Virus record (IMG/VR): IMGVR_UViG_3300014656_000001
Location: 15,904-79,903 of that record
Origin: a virus
Lineage: Duplodnaviria > Caudoviricetes
DNA: 64,000 nt
Direction: 5' to 3' (one strand)
The position numbers were made by a program, and so were the translations under genes. How positions within the stretch are numbered: position 1 is the first letter of the stretch; each line of letters begins with the position of its first letter. Shown one piece after another: positions 27,804 to 36,917 of this stretch. A model generated the notes under the pieces. That model worked only from the letters and a program-made list of their open reading frames with translations, had not been told where the DNA came from and did no database searches.

Positions 27804-28085
27804 ATGAACGATAAGAGAAAGAAATTAGATTCGTACGAACTATACAGAATAGCAAGCGATATGCTTTTGAGCTATTCTGAAAGTGATTCGATTGAAGCTC
27901 TTGCAAGAGTGAAACAAGATACCACTTTGGCAATCACAATGGCCCGTCAGTCATTTCTTGCACACTATTCCAATCGCGCTAGCAAACGTTCGTTAAATAC
28001 TATTGCTAATATAGTATTTGACGTTCACTTGTTTGATTCGATTCCCAATAGTGAAGCATTGTTTTCTACTCCATGTATTATGTAA
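27804..28085 (+). CDS. Pre-early/early hypothetical protein
   Basis: Leader GAGAAAAGAGAGAGAG at 27781, ATG at 27804. Confidence 0.65.
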   Translation: MNDKRKKLDSYELYRIASDMLLSYSESDSIEALARVKQDTTLAITMARQSFLAHYSNRASKRSLNTIANIVFDVHLFDSIPNSEALFSTPCIM

Positions 28086-28169
28086 TATCAAAAAGACTAT
28101 ACAAAATTACTTGTATAGTCCATTGATACTATATAGTATCTAAAACCAAAAGAGAAAAGAGAGAGAATC

Positions 28170-28547
28170 ATGAAAACAAAGCAAGATGGTAGAAGTGGAC
28201 AGTATATTCGTGATGATAATGGCAAAGTGGTAAAAGGCGCGCTTACTTATCGTAAGGGTACCCAAGCCGATTTTATCAGTGAAATGCTGATATTGGGAAA
28301 TACGATTGAGAATATCACTAATGAGCTGATTAAATATTTCGGCTTCAAAGCTGCCGATTACAAAAAGTATTATCGGCGCGTATATGGACATATAAAGCAC
28401 ATCGAAGCGAAAAACATGAACATGGAAACACCCATGTTCAAAATTCAAAAAAACGTAAAAACGAGAGTTATCAAAATTACACCAGTGAAGAAATACGTTC
28501 GTGAATACGTCAAGAATGAAATGCCAAATTGTGTAATTGCATTCTAG
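28170..28547 (+). CDS. Pre-early/early hypothetical basic protein
   Basis: Preceded by the hairpin and conserved leader. Confidence 0.7.
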   Translation: MKTKQDGRSGQYIRDDNGKVVKGALTYRKGTQADFISEMLILGNTIENITNELIKYFGFKAADYKKYYRRVYGHIKHIEAKNMNMETPMFKIQKNVKTRVIKITPVKKYVREYVKNEMPNCVIAF

Positions 28548-28641
28548 TTTGGCATACTAACGATACTACACAATAAATAACTATTGTGTAGTATATTAGT
28601 ATTAAAGAAGTAAAAACTAAACAAGAGAAAAGAGAGAGACT

Positions 28642-28956
28642 ATGCTAATTTATGCACTAACAAAAAAAGAATCATTAGACTTGGCTACTGAATTAATGTG
28701 CTCTGACTTAACGATTGAAAATCCCTATGCTATGGAATGGTTTGAACATCATTTTCTGTTGGTGGAAAGCAATGAAAATTACATGTTCATACCACGTACA
28801 AGTGAAGTAGCCGAAATAGTACAATCTACTATAGATGAATACTATAGCGATGTGTTGGACAATGTCACATTCAATACAGAATGTGATCATATAGAGATAT
28901 TCCACTATCTCTATACCAATCTCAAAAAAGCTGAATTGACTATTCCAATTAATTAA
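28642..28956 (+). CDS. Pre-early/early hypothetical acidic protein
   Basis: Preceded by the hairpin and conserved leader. Asp/Glu-rich. Confidence 0.7.
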   Translation: MLIYALTKKESLDLATELMCSDLTIENPYAMEWFEHHFLLVESNENYMFIPRTSEVAEIVQSTIDEYYSDVLDNVTFNTECDHIEIFHYLYTNLKKAELTIPIN

Positions 28957-29040
28957 ATTGTAACACTAGTGAGAGCTCTTGCTATCGATTCAAGAGCTCT
29001 AATTAGTCGTACAATACTATAGAGAAAAGAGATAGAGAAT

Positions 29041-29277
29041 ATGAGAGAAAAAATATACGTAGTATCAAATAATCACGATTCAAAGCGATTTATTCAAAAA
29101 GCAAGTAATGGAATAATCGCCATTCAGAAAGCATTTGGAAACTCACATTACCATGATAGCTATCAATGCAATCCAGCAAAAAAAGCTCAATACGCAAAGT
29201 ATATCCAAGTAGATAATTCTACTCTGCAATCAAAGCAAAGTGGAATAGTCTATCACTCTGAATTACAAGTGTATTAA
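29041..29277 (+). CDS. Pre-early/early hypothetical protein
   Basis: Preceded by the hairpin and the leader AGAGAAAAGAGATAGAG. Confidence 0.65.
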   Translation: MREKIYVVSNNHDSKRFIQKASNGIIAIQKAFGNSHYHDSYQCNPAKKAQYAKYIQVDNSTLQSKQSGIVYHSELQVY

Positions 29278-29346
29278 TTGCATTATTGTAGCTCTATACT
29301 TTACTATTTCTATCAATTAAGTGAAGTATAGAGCTATTCGTTTATT

Positions 29347-29407
29347 CTACTTAATCTATAGATTAAATAGACTTCTATACTCTATTTAGTCTATAGATTA
29401 AATAGAG
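29347..29407. repeat. Two further copies of the TCTATAGA-centred palindrome
   Basis: CTACTTAATCTATAGATTAAATAG (29347-29370) and CTCTATTTAGTCTATAGATTAAATAGAG (29380-29407). Confidence 0.85.
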
Positions 29408-29547
29408 TATTCTGTACTACAGAGATAAGAGGGGAGATAAACTAAATGTAGTATGATTCCCTATAAGAATCCCTATAAAATTGAAATCTCAAAGCTCTGT
29501 AAAAAGAGAAAACGGATTACAAAACGGATTGAAAGAGAGAACGGATT

Positions 29548-29622
29548 ATGGAACACATTATCACAGTTTTCTTAACCATATTCATCATTGTATGGTTAAG
29601 AAACGAACACAAAACGGATTAA
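29548..29622 (+). CDS. Putative 24-aa membrane microprotein
   Basis: MEHIITVFLTIFIIVWLRNEHKTD, with a purine-rich leader. Confidence 0.4.
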   Translation: MEHIITVFLTIFIIVWLRNEHKTD

Positions 29623-29714
29623 TAGATTCAAACAAGAACTGATAAACAAAACGGATTATCAGTTCTATTGAGTTTATTACTCAACAACAAAACAGAGAAA
29701 AGAGGAGAGAGACA

Positions 29715-30011
29715 ATGAAAAAAGTAGTACTAAACTATGAGATTGTAAATCACGGAATTGACAACGAACAATACTTTTCAGGATGCGGAACATCATTCAC
29801 GGAGTTTGATCGTGTCGTTACTGGAATGGGACAGACGGAGCAGGAAGCATTCGATGACGCTATGGAATGCTTGTACGAATCGGAAGACGGACTGGAAGTA
29901 TGCAATAGACTTGAAAGAGAAAAAGGAACACTGAGAACAGAACACGGATGCGACATAGAAGGATTACACTGCTATGTCTCCATACGGTACAATTTAATGC
30001 AATTATCTTGA
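29715..30011 (+). CDS. Early hypothetical acidic protein
   Basis: Preceded by the hairpin and leader AGAGAAAAGAGGAGAG. Confidence 0.7.
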   Translation: MKKVVLNYEIVNHGIDNEQYFSGCGTSFTEFDRVVTGMGQTEQEAFDDAMECLYESEDGLEVCNRLEREKGTLRTEHGCDIEGLHCYVSIRYNLMQLS

Positions 30012-30093
30012 TATTGTCACATAAGACTGATAACGGATAACGTTGTCGGTCTTGGTGAAGTATCAAACTAACAGAGAAAAGAGGAGAGATATT

Positions 30094-30390
30094 ATGTTAC
30101 ATGTACGTACAAATAATCAGAAAAGACAAATTGAAGACGGTGAGAACGGAACCAATGGATTCACGTATAAAAAGTATTTCTACAATTTCGCTGACTTCAT
30201 TCTCACAGAAACAGGTTCTGAATTGCATAAAGCAGGTTGGTATGGATTACAACCGGCTACGATGGGATCAGGTGTCTGTGTGAAATTCCCGGATGATGAA
30301 CCACAAGGATCTTGTGAGAACATCATTGTAGGTTGGTTCTGGTACACTTCTGAAGTGATGGATGAAATGGAAAAAGAAGGTGTGCTATGA
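30094..30390 (+). CDS. Early hypothetical protein
   Basis: Preceded by the hairpin and conserved leader. ATG at 30094. Confidence 0.7.
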   Translation: MLHVRTNNQKRQIEDGENGTNGFTYKKYFYNFADFILTETGSELHKAGWYGLQPATMGSGVCVKFPDDEPQGSCENIIVGWFWYTSEVMDEMEKEGVL

Positions 30391-30620
30391 ACGATAAGTT
30401 TATGGTTTGTTTATGGTTTGTTTGTATCGATTATCATAGCGGACAGTGGTCAAGAGGATACGAATTGCAATGCAGGTTGATGAAAAGGATCACACGCATT
30501 GCAAGACTGAGAAAGGTTCCCTTTTTCGTATTCACTGAAGCTACTTTCTTCAAGGGAAACGGATACAACAATGATCCACTGTACCAGGAACTGGCAAAAA
30601 GGTTTGGAGATGAATTGTAA
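30387..30620 (+). CDS. Early hypothetical protein
   Basis: ATGA overlap with the upstream gene. Contains IDYHSGQWSRGY. Confidence 0.6.
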   Translation: MNDKFMVCLWFVCIDYHSGQWSRGYELQCRLMKRITRIARLRKVPFFVFTEATFFKGNGYNNDPLYQELAKRFGDEL

Positions 30621-30711
30621 ATTCTAATTTCAAGAAAGAACTGATAACTGATAAAAGGTTGTCAGTTCTGTTGAGAGTAGAATACAAAACAGAGAAAAGA
30701 GGAGAGATATT

Positions 30712-31050
30712 ATGAAAGTACACCAGGATAAATATACAAAATATTTAGATTTATTTGAACTGGACAAAAACGGAACAGAATTATCTGAGATGAAGGTGGG
30801 ACAGAGATATCTAGGATACAGCGGAGATATCTATGTTATCACAGAACAGACTCCAGGAATCACAGAATGTCATGTATACGGTAACAGAAAAACACTGTAT
30901 ACGTTCTCAAGCAATTCTAAAGGATATCCATTAGTTCCCAAAACGGATATCGTGAAAGAGATTGCCGAAAAGAACGGATTCACTGTATTGGATATCCAAT
31001 GCGGTGAAGTTGAACCTAAAGACATACGAGGATTGCCCACTGTTGAATGA
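30712..31050 (+). CDS. Early hypothetical protein
   Basis: Preceded by the hairpin and conserved leader. Confidence 0.7.
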   Translation: MKVHQDKYTKYLDLFELDKNGTELSEMKVGQRYLGYSGDIYVITEQTPGITECHVYGNRKTLYTFSSNSKGYPLVPKTDIVKEIAEKNGFTVLDIQCGEVEPKDIRGLPTVE

Positions 31051-31137
31051 TGAATAAGACTGGTAACGGATCAATCGTTATCAGTCTAGTTGGTTATTCA
31101 ACTAACCTACAACAAGAGAAAAGAGGAGAGAAATATC

Positions 31138-32010
31138 ATGGCTAATTTGCAACAGAAAGCAATCATGGTGAAAAAGACGGTTACCACTTGGACTTCCAGT
31201 ATCACGGATAAGTCTGAGTCACAGAAGGTCGCCAGTGACAATGACACTACAACAAATAGCGTTACAGTCACAAAGAGGTTGATTGCCCGTTCTCACATGG
31301 ACGGAATCAACAAGACGGTTTCAAAAATCAACACGTTATTCAAAGCAAAAACAAAACCGTTTCTTGACGGTGGCTGGAATGTCTGTTCGATTGAGGATTG
31401 GCCTGAGCTCAGAAAGGAACTCACTGAGTTGAAAGATGAGTTCGAAAAAGAGGTTCAGGACTTCTGCAATCGCTATGACACTGTGCGTAACGCTGAAGTA
31501 TCCAAGCTGGGAAAGCTTGGACATGAAAGCGAATATCCAACGAAGGAACAGATTTCACATCGGTTCCAATGCGGATTCGCTGTGCTTCCACTTCCCAGTG
31601 TGAATGAGGATTTCAGAGTAGGAAATTCCGACGCTGAAAATGCCGAGATTCGCAAAGAGGTTGAAGCGACTGTGAAATCAGCAATTGGCAACACTGTTAC
31701 TTCAGGATTGAAAGAAATGACGGAAGCCCTGAAGCGATTGCAAGAGAAGTTCAAGACGGTTCCAAAAAAGGTTCACGAATCGATTATTGGGAACGTTGAG
31801 GAACTCTGTGAAGTACTTCCGAAGTTGAATATCGCGGGGGATCCTGCACTGGACAAGATGATGCAGGAGATCAAAGAGAAAGTATGCAAGTACGGTACTT
31901 TCGGATTGAAGGGTGAGACGGAGCGCGCTACGAAAGCGCGTGAAGAGGTTGTGACGGCCAGTGAGGAATTGGTAGCACAGATCGAGGAACGCATGGCTGG
32001 ATATTATTAG
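31138..32010 (+). CDS. DUF3150-like coiled-coil protein
   Basis: TWTSSITDK, KRLIA, TKPFLDGGW and YPTKEQISHRF pattern. First gene of the AAA/vWA trio. Confidence 0.6.
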   Translation: MANLQQKAIMVKKTVTTWTSSITDKSESQKVASDNDTTTNSVTVTKRLIARSHMDGINKTVSKINTLFKAKTKPFLDGGWNVCSIEDWPELRKELTELKDEFEKEVQDFCNRYDTVRNAEVSKLGKLGHESEYPTKEQISHRFQCGFAVLPLPSVNEDFRVGNSDAENAEIRKEVEATVKSAIGNTVTSGLKEMTEALKRLQEKFKTVPKKVHESIIGNVEELCEVLPKLNIAGDPALDKMMQEIKEKVCKYGTFGLKGETERATKAREEVVTASEELVAQIEERMAGYY

Positions 32011-32091
32011 TCAACAGAAGACTGATAACGGATTATTGTTATCGGTCTTCGTGGATTAATAAACCCAATAAAGAGAAAAGAGGAGAGAACA

Positions 32092-33111
32092 ATGAAACAA
32101 TCGGAACTGAAACAAGCGATTCAGGATGCCCGCGTACTTATGGAATCGGTATTCGTATGGGGCGCACCAGGTATTGGAAAGTCAGCTATTATTTATCAGC
32201 TGTCTTGTATGCTGGACATACTTTTCAAGGATGTTCGGGTGTTGTTACTTGACCCGACTGACTTGAAAGGATTTCCCGATCCATTTAACGGTGATACTGT
32301 GAAGTGGAAAGTACCTGACTTTTGGCCGAAAGACGGTGAGGGGATTATTCTTCTCGATGAATTGAATCTCGGTTCAAAGATGGTACAGGATGCTTGTTAC
32401 CAGCTGATACACGATAGAAAAGTAGGAGATTATGAAGTTCCTGCCGGCTGGACTATCGTAGCTGCTGGAAATCGAGAGACTGACGGATGCGGTGTTAAGC
32501 GTCAATCAGCTGCTCTCGCAAGCAGGTTCATCCATGTGACACTGGATCATGAAACTGAGGAATTCAAAGCAGAATTTCTCAAGTACGCACGGGAGAACGG
32601 ATTCCATCCCATTGTTCTCGGTTACTTATCTGTCAACAAAGCTGCCATATTCAAATATGACAAAACAGCGTTGACGTTTGCTAACCCAAGAACGTGGGAG
32701 AAGGTATCGAAGATGTGCAAACTGTTTGAGAACGGTGATCGCACTGATTCATACAAGCGGCAGATGTTTCAAGGTTGCGTGGGGGAAGGTGAAGGAAACA
32801 ACTTCTTTGATTTTTATAAGAACTGTTTAACTCTTCCCAATCCCAAACAAATACTGAAAGATCCTGTTGGCACTTGGCCGGTGGACAGCTCGTTCAGCAC
32901 TTCACCCGAAAAAATGGGACAGCTCTACATGGTATGCACCGCGTTAGCCAGACTGGTTGACAAGAGCACTATTGACAATATGACGGTGTTCTTGAATACA
33001 CTTCCCATGCGGGAGTTCGGAACGTTCACTATGGAGGATGCTATTGCACAGCATCCTGAACTGATGAAAACGGATGCTTACATCCAGTGGCAGAGTAAGA
33101 TAGCTGCTTGA
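32092..33111 (+). CDS. MoxR-like AAA+ ATPase
   Basis: Walker A WGAPGIGKS, Walker B ILLDELN, IVAAGNR, ALASRF and NPRTWE motifs. Confidence 0.9.
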   Translation: MKQSELKQAIQDARVLMESVFVWGAPGIGKSAIIYQLSCMLDILFKDVRVLLLDPTDLKGFPDPFNGDTVKWKVPDFWPKDGEGIILLDELNLGSKMVQDACYQLIHDRKVGDYEVPAGWTIVAAGNRETDGCGVKRQSAALASRFIHVTLDHETEEFKAEFLKYARENGFHPIVLGYLSVNKAAIFKYDKTALTFANPRTWEKVSKMCKLFENGDRTDSYKRQMFQGCVGEGEGNNFFDFYKNCLTLPNPKQILKDPVGTWPVDSSFSTSPEKMGQLYMVCTALARLVDKSTIDNMTVFLNTLPMREFGTFTMEDAIAQHPELMKTDAYIQWQSKIAA

Positions 33112-33195
33112 TTCAAAGAGACTGATAACTGATAATAAGAGGTTATCAGTCTACTTGAGTTTAGCAACACAAAATGAGAAAAGAGGAGAGAACAA

Positions 33196-34362
33196 ATGAA
33201 AGCAATAGATAAAATATTCAAAGCTCGTGAACGTTTGATTCTCAGTACCGTATTCTTCGGTGCTCTGTGTATTCGATTGATCCCTAAAGAGGATACTTCT
33301 TGCGATACGGCTTGGACGGATGGTATTCATATTGGATACAATCCCAAGTTTATTGAGACGTTGTCGATGGCTCATTTAGTCTTCGTTCTTGCCCATGAAG
33401 TCCTCCACTGTGTCTTCAATCATCACACAAGAAGGAACGGACGTGACGCTAAGAAGTGGAACGTAGCTTGCGATTATGCTATCAATATCATTCTTACCGA
33501 TTACGGATATACGTTATTAGAAGGTGCTCTGTATGATGAAAAATATCGAGGTATGGATGTTTATGAAATCTACAGGGACTTATACGGTAACGATATGAAT
33601 GATGATGATGGAGATCAGCAATCAAAAGGATCAAGTGATCCTGGTGAATGCGGTGAAGTGAGAGACTTCCCAGAAGAAGACGGTGAAGAATCTAAAAGTG
33701 AAAACGAGCAGAATTGGAAACAAGCTTCCATCAAAGCGCAGGAAATGGCTGAGAGGAAGGATGAGAAGGTTAATTCCAGAATTAGTGACGCTATCTACGG
33801 TTACAAAAATCCTAGAACTGACTGGCGTTCAGTACTGAATGAGTTTTTGACAGAACAGATAAACGATGATTACACATTCACAACTCCTAATCGCCGTTAC
33901 TTGGCTCATAAATTGTATATGCCAGGTATGGACGGGGAGCAGATGAAGGAAATGGTGTTCATCGTGGACACTTCGGGTTCTGTCAAGACTGATATGCTGA
34001 ACCAGTTCTGGACAGAGATCAAAACGGTACTGGAACTGTTTGATGAAGTGAAAGTAACCATTCTTCATGTTGACAACGTGTTGAGCGGGGTTGAGGTATT
34101 GGAACCCCACGATGAGAAACCTGAAACTCTAGTTCCAAAAAGCACGTATGGAGGAACTGATTTTCGACCTGGTTTCGAATGGATTGAAGAAAATGAAATT
34201 GATCCAGGATGCGTTATTTACTACACAGACGGTATGTGCCGTGATTACCCGCAAGAACCTGATTACCCCGTACTTTGGGCGAAGTTCGCTACAGAGTGGG
34301 ACGGTATGTTAAAATTCAATCCACCCTTCGGGCAGGTAGTGCCTGTTGATTACGTGGACTGA
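33196..34362 (+). CDS. DUF2201-type putative metallopeptidase plus vWA-domain protein
   Basis: TAWTDG, HEVLH zinc motif, WNVACDYAIN, MIDAS-like VDTSGS, GGTDFRP and YYTDG. Confidence 0.88.
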   Translation: MKAIDKIFKARERLILSTVFFGALCIRLIPKEDTSCDTAWTDGIHIGYNPKFIETLSMAHLVFVLAHEVLHCVFNHHTRRNGRDAKKWNVACDYAINIILTDYGYTLLEGALYDEKYRGMDVYEIYRDLYGNDMNDDDGDQQSKGSSDPGECGEVRDFPEEDGEESKSENEQNWKQASIKAQEMAERKDEKVNSRISDAIYGYKNPRTDWRSVLNEFLTEQINDDYTFTTPNRRYLAHKLYMPGMDGEQMKEMVFIVDTSGSVKTDMLNQFWTEIKTVLELFDEVKVTILHVDNVLSGVEVLEPHDEKPETLVPKSTYGGTDFRPGFEWIEENEIDPGCVIYYTDGMCRDYPQEPDYPVLWAKFATEWDGMLKFNPPFGQVVPVDYVD

Positions 34363-34466
34363 TTGCAGTATCTCTCTCAACTCTCTTTATGCTGTCAGTG
34401 AGCAATGGGGTTCACTGGCAGTAATGGATAGTTGAAACACAAAATGAGAAAAGAGGAGAGATTATT

Positions 34467-34745
34467 ATGAAAAGACTAAAAACCCAATATGTGGAAATCC
34501 TGCAGAGAGCCATTGATTCTCAATGGGGGGATTTCAAAAAGTTCACACAGAATAAAAAGATTGATTTCATCTTCTGTGATGAAAATGAAGAAACAAAGTT
34601 CACGTTCGGAAAAGGTGCCTGGATTAATTTGTTCTTCAGTGTACAAGGACATCGTGTAGAACAGGATTGGAAGGTGACTCCATTTATGGATGGAGATGAG
34701 ATTAAGGTTGAGTTTTACAGAAAATCGGAAACCGAACCTAATTGA
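34467..34745 (+). CDS. Early hypothetical protein
   Basis: Preceded by the hairpin and conserved leader. Confidence 0.65.
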   Translation: MKRLKTQYVEILQRAIDSQWGDFKKFTQNKKIDFIFCDENEETKFTFGKGAWINLFFSVQGHRVEQDWKVTPFMDGDEIKVEFYRKSETEPN

Positions 34746-34825
34746 TATCTCATAGAGAACAGGTAACGGATTATTGTTATCTGTTCTAATGAAGTATCAA
34801 ATCTGAGAAAAGAGGAGAGATTATT

Positions 34826-35554
34826 ATGAAAAGAAAAGAAGCAATAGAGCTACTAAAAACAAATGTTTCAGCATGGAATCAATACAGAATCGACAATCCA
34901 TCTTGGATTCCTAATTTGCGAGGGGCTAATTTGCAAGATGCTGATTTGCGAGGGGCTGATTTGCGAGAGGCTGATTTGCAATGGGCTAATTTGCAAGATG
35001 CTGATTTGCGAGGGGCTGATTTGCGAGGTGATAATTTGCAATGGACTAATTTGCAAGATGCTGATTTGCGAGGGGCTGATTTGCGAGGTGCTAATTTGCG
35101 AGAGGCTAATTTGCAATGGGCTAATTTGCAAGGGGCTAATTTGCAAGATGCTGATTTTCGAGGTGCTAATTTGCGAGGTGATAATTTGCAATGGACTAAT
35201 TTGCAATGGACTAATTTGCAAGATGCTGATTTGCGAGGGGCTAATTTGCAAGGGGCTAATTTGCAAAAGGCTAATTTGCAAAAGGCTAATTTGCAAAGGG
35301 CTGATTTGCAAAGGGCTTGTTATGGGAAAGGTGTTCCCATTACAAAAGAACCTCTACAAATACACGGATTAATATATTTTGTTTTGGTTATGGACTCTCA
35401 CATGAAAATAGGATGTGAATTACATAGCTTTGAAGAATGGCAGAATTTTTCTGATAGAGAAATTCTTACAATGGATAATTCTTCCGCCCTAAAGTTTTGG
35501 AACCAGTATAAGCCCATGTTAATGGGATTATGTAAAACAAGAACCGAGGAATGA
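34826..35554 (+). CDS. Pentapeptide-repeat protein 1
   Basis: About 27 tandem A(D/N)Lxx repeats (15-bp DNA period) and C-terminal MKIGCELHSFEEW. Confidence 0.92.
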   Translation: MKRKEAIELLKTNVSAWNQYRIDNPSWIPNLRGANLQDADLRGADLREADLQWANLQDADLRGADLRGDNLQWTNLQDADLRGADLRGANLREANLQWANLQGANLQDADFRGANLRGDNLQWTNLQWTNLQDADLRGANLQGANLQKANLQKANLQRADLQRACYGKGVPITKEPLQIHGLIYFVLVMDSHMKIGCELHSFEEWQNFSDREILTMDNSSALKFWNQYKPMLMGLCKTRTEE

Positions 35555-35578
35555 ATCTGAGAAAAGAGGAGAGATAAA

Positions 35579-35848
35579 ATGGCTAAAAAAATGCACGTGA
35601 AGACATACTTGCGAAACTGGGCCGGTTTGGACGGTAGAACCGACAGAACACCCATTGAAGTGGTAGACGGATATAAGTTACCCATTCTCGAAGGGGAGCC
35701 GGGATATTGGACGACCCCAAGCGGTAAAACAGTCGTATATCATCCCAATGCGTATGGATGGCCCACATGGTATCACCATTCAACCAAAAAGGTTGTTGTT
35801 GGCCGGGGATTGCTGGAAGCTTATGGGATTCCAACATCCGATTTGTAA
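35579..35848 (+). CDS. Early hypothetical protein
   Basis: Conserved leader at 35560. Confidence 0.65.
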   Translation: MAKKMHVKTYLRNWAGLDGRTDRTPIEVVDGYKLPILEGEPGYWTTPSGKTVVYHPNAYGWPTWYHHSTKKVVVGRGLLEAYGIPTSDL

Positions 35849-35926
35849 ATCTAAACCAAGACTGATAACGGATTAGTGCTATCAGTCTTATTAGACGTAC
35901 AAACCAAAAGAAAGAGAGAAGAGATT

Positions 35927-36172
35927 ATGAAACTGTCAGAACAGATGACTAAACAGATCGCTGTGTGTCAATCGGCAATCGAACGGGTAAAAGCCCTGGA
36001 GAATGCTATGGATGCCGCTGAAAAGGCCGCTGAAGCCCTCACCCCTGGACTGAAAGAAACAAAACGGGGAATCACTCCCATGCTCCAGAACGGACAGGGT
36101 GGGAGGTTTGGTGATGATGATGCCAGAACTGATTTACCAATGACAAAACCGAACGGAGATGTGGCACAATGA
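35927..36172 (+). CDS. Early hypothetical protein
   Basis: Preceded by the hairpin and a purine-rich leader. Confidence 0.6.
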   Translation: MKLSEQMTKQIAVCQSAIERVKALENAMDAAEKAAEALTPGLKETKRGITPMLQNGQGGRFGDDDARTDLPMTKPNGDVAQ

Positions 36173-36507
36173 AACAAATATACAGCATTGCAATGAGCAA
36201 TGGGTACGGGATTCAAATGTTTCATTTATGTGATGAAATCCGCACCCTCAAACGAAGACTGACACAACTTGTGAAAGCTGGGTTATGTCCACGTAACGCT
36301 CACTTAAAAGTGAGTCACAACGGAAAGTCTGAACAGTTCCCCAAAGATGAAACTGAAAAAATTGTGGACAAGGCAATAAAGGACTTGTGCTCAGATATGA
36401 ACAAGCCTGTGGATATTTGGGGAATACATGAAGACGGTCAGTATCATTGCGAAGAGGGAATAACAATCTCAAGAGTAAATGTACTTACGATGGATGATTT
36501 GGATTGA
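36169..36507 (+). CDS. Early hypothetical protein
   Basis: ATGA overlap with the upstream gene. Confidence 0.6.
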   Translation: MKQIYSIAMSNGYGIQMFHLCDEIRTLKRRLTQLVKAGLCPRNAHLKVSHNGKSEQFPKDETEKIVDKAIKDLCSDMNKPVDIWGIHEDGQYHCEEGITISRVNVLTMDDLD

Positions 36508-36583
36508 TGTTCTCAGATAGCCGGGGATTGAGTTCCCCGGTCTTTTGAGAGTACCAAACTAAAAAGAGAGAGGAGAATTGATT

Positions 36584-36850
36584 ATGGATTACAAAGAAGC
36601 TGCTGAAAAAACATCATTCACACTAGACCGCATTCATTACTGCTTTATGTGGAACAGTAAATTTTGGGATATGGACTACAGCATGGCAGATAGACCTTTC
36701 ACCCTGGATGAAGTTCGGGAAATCAAAAGTGTCTGGGAACTGATGGGAGATAATTCAAATTTCTACGGGGCATTCTGTGAAGTTGCCAGAGCAAAGGGAT
36801 ATTTTGAGAGTGATTTGTATCTCAAAAAAGGAGAAAAACATGAATCTTAG
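36584..36850 (+). CDS. Early hypothetical protein
   Basis: Preceded by a hairpin at about 36512-36550 and the leader AAGAGAGAGGAG. Confidence 0.6.
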   Translation: MDYKEAAEKTSFTLDRIHYCFMWNSKFWDMDYSMADRPFTLDEVREIKSVWELMGDNSNFYGAFCEVARAKGYFESDLYLKKGEKHES

Positions 36851-36917
36851 AAAAAATTACACAGAAGAAGATTTACAGCGGTGTACAGAAGAAGCCAGGA
36901 CGGGAGAACAATTATGA
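36840..36917 (+). CDS. Putative 25-aa microprotein
   Basis: [33 protein letters not shown], with its stop overlapping the next ATG. Confidence 0.4.
   Translation: MNLRKNYTEEDLQRCTEEARTGEQL

Larger units (their letters stand above)
27701..36590 (+). repeat. Dispersed intergenic stem-loop plus AGAGAAAAGAG(G)AGAG leader units preceding early genes
   Basis: About 15 stem-loops (e.g. 29635-29666, 30023-30053, 30637-30669, 31057-31087, 32017-32050, 33118-33152, 34756-34787, 35858-35889) and about 15 purine-rich leaders ending a few nt before the ATG. Confidence 0.9.

Noticed and set aside
27701-36590. Integron attC cassette array or CRISPR
   Set aside because: No integrase and no GTTRRRY core sites. 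The stems tolerate G-U pairs and sit upstream of RBS leaders, which fits RNA processing better.
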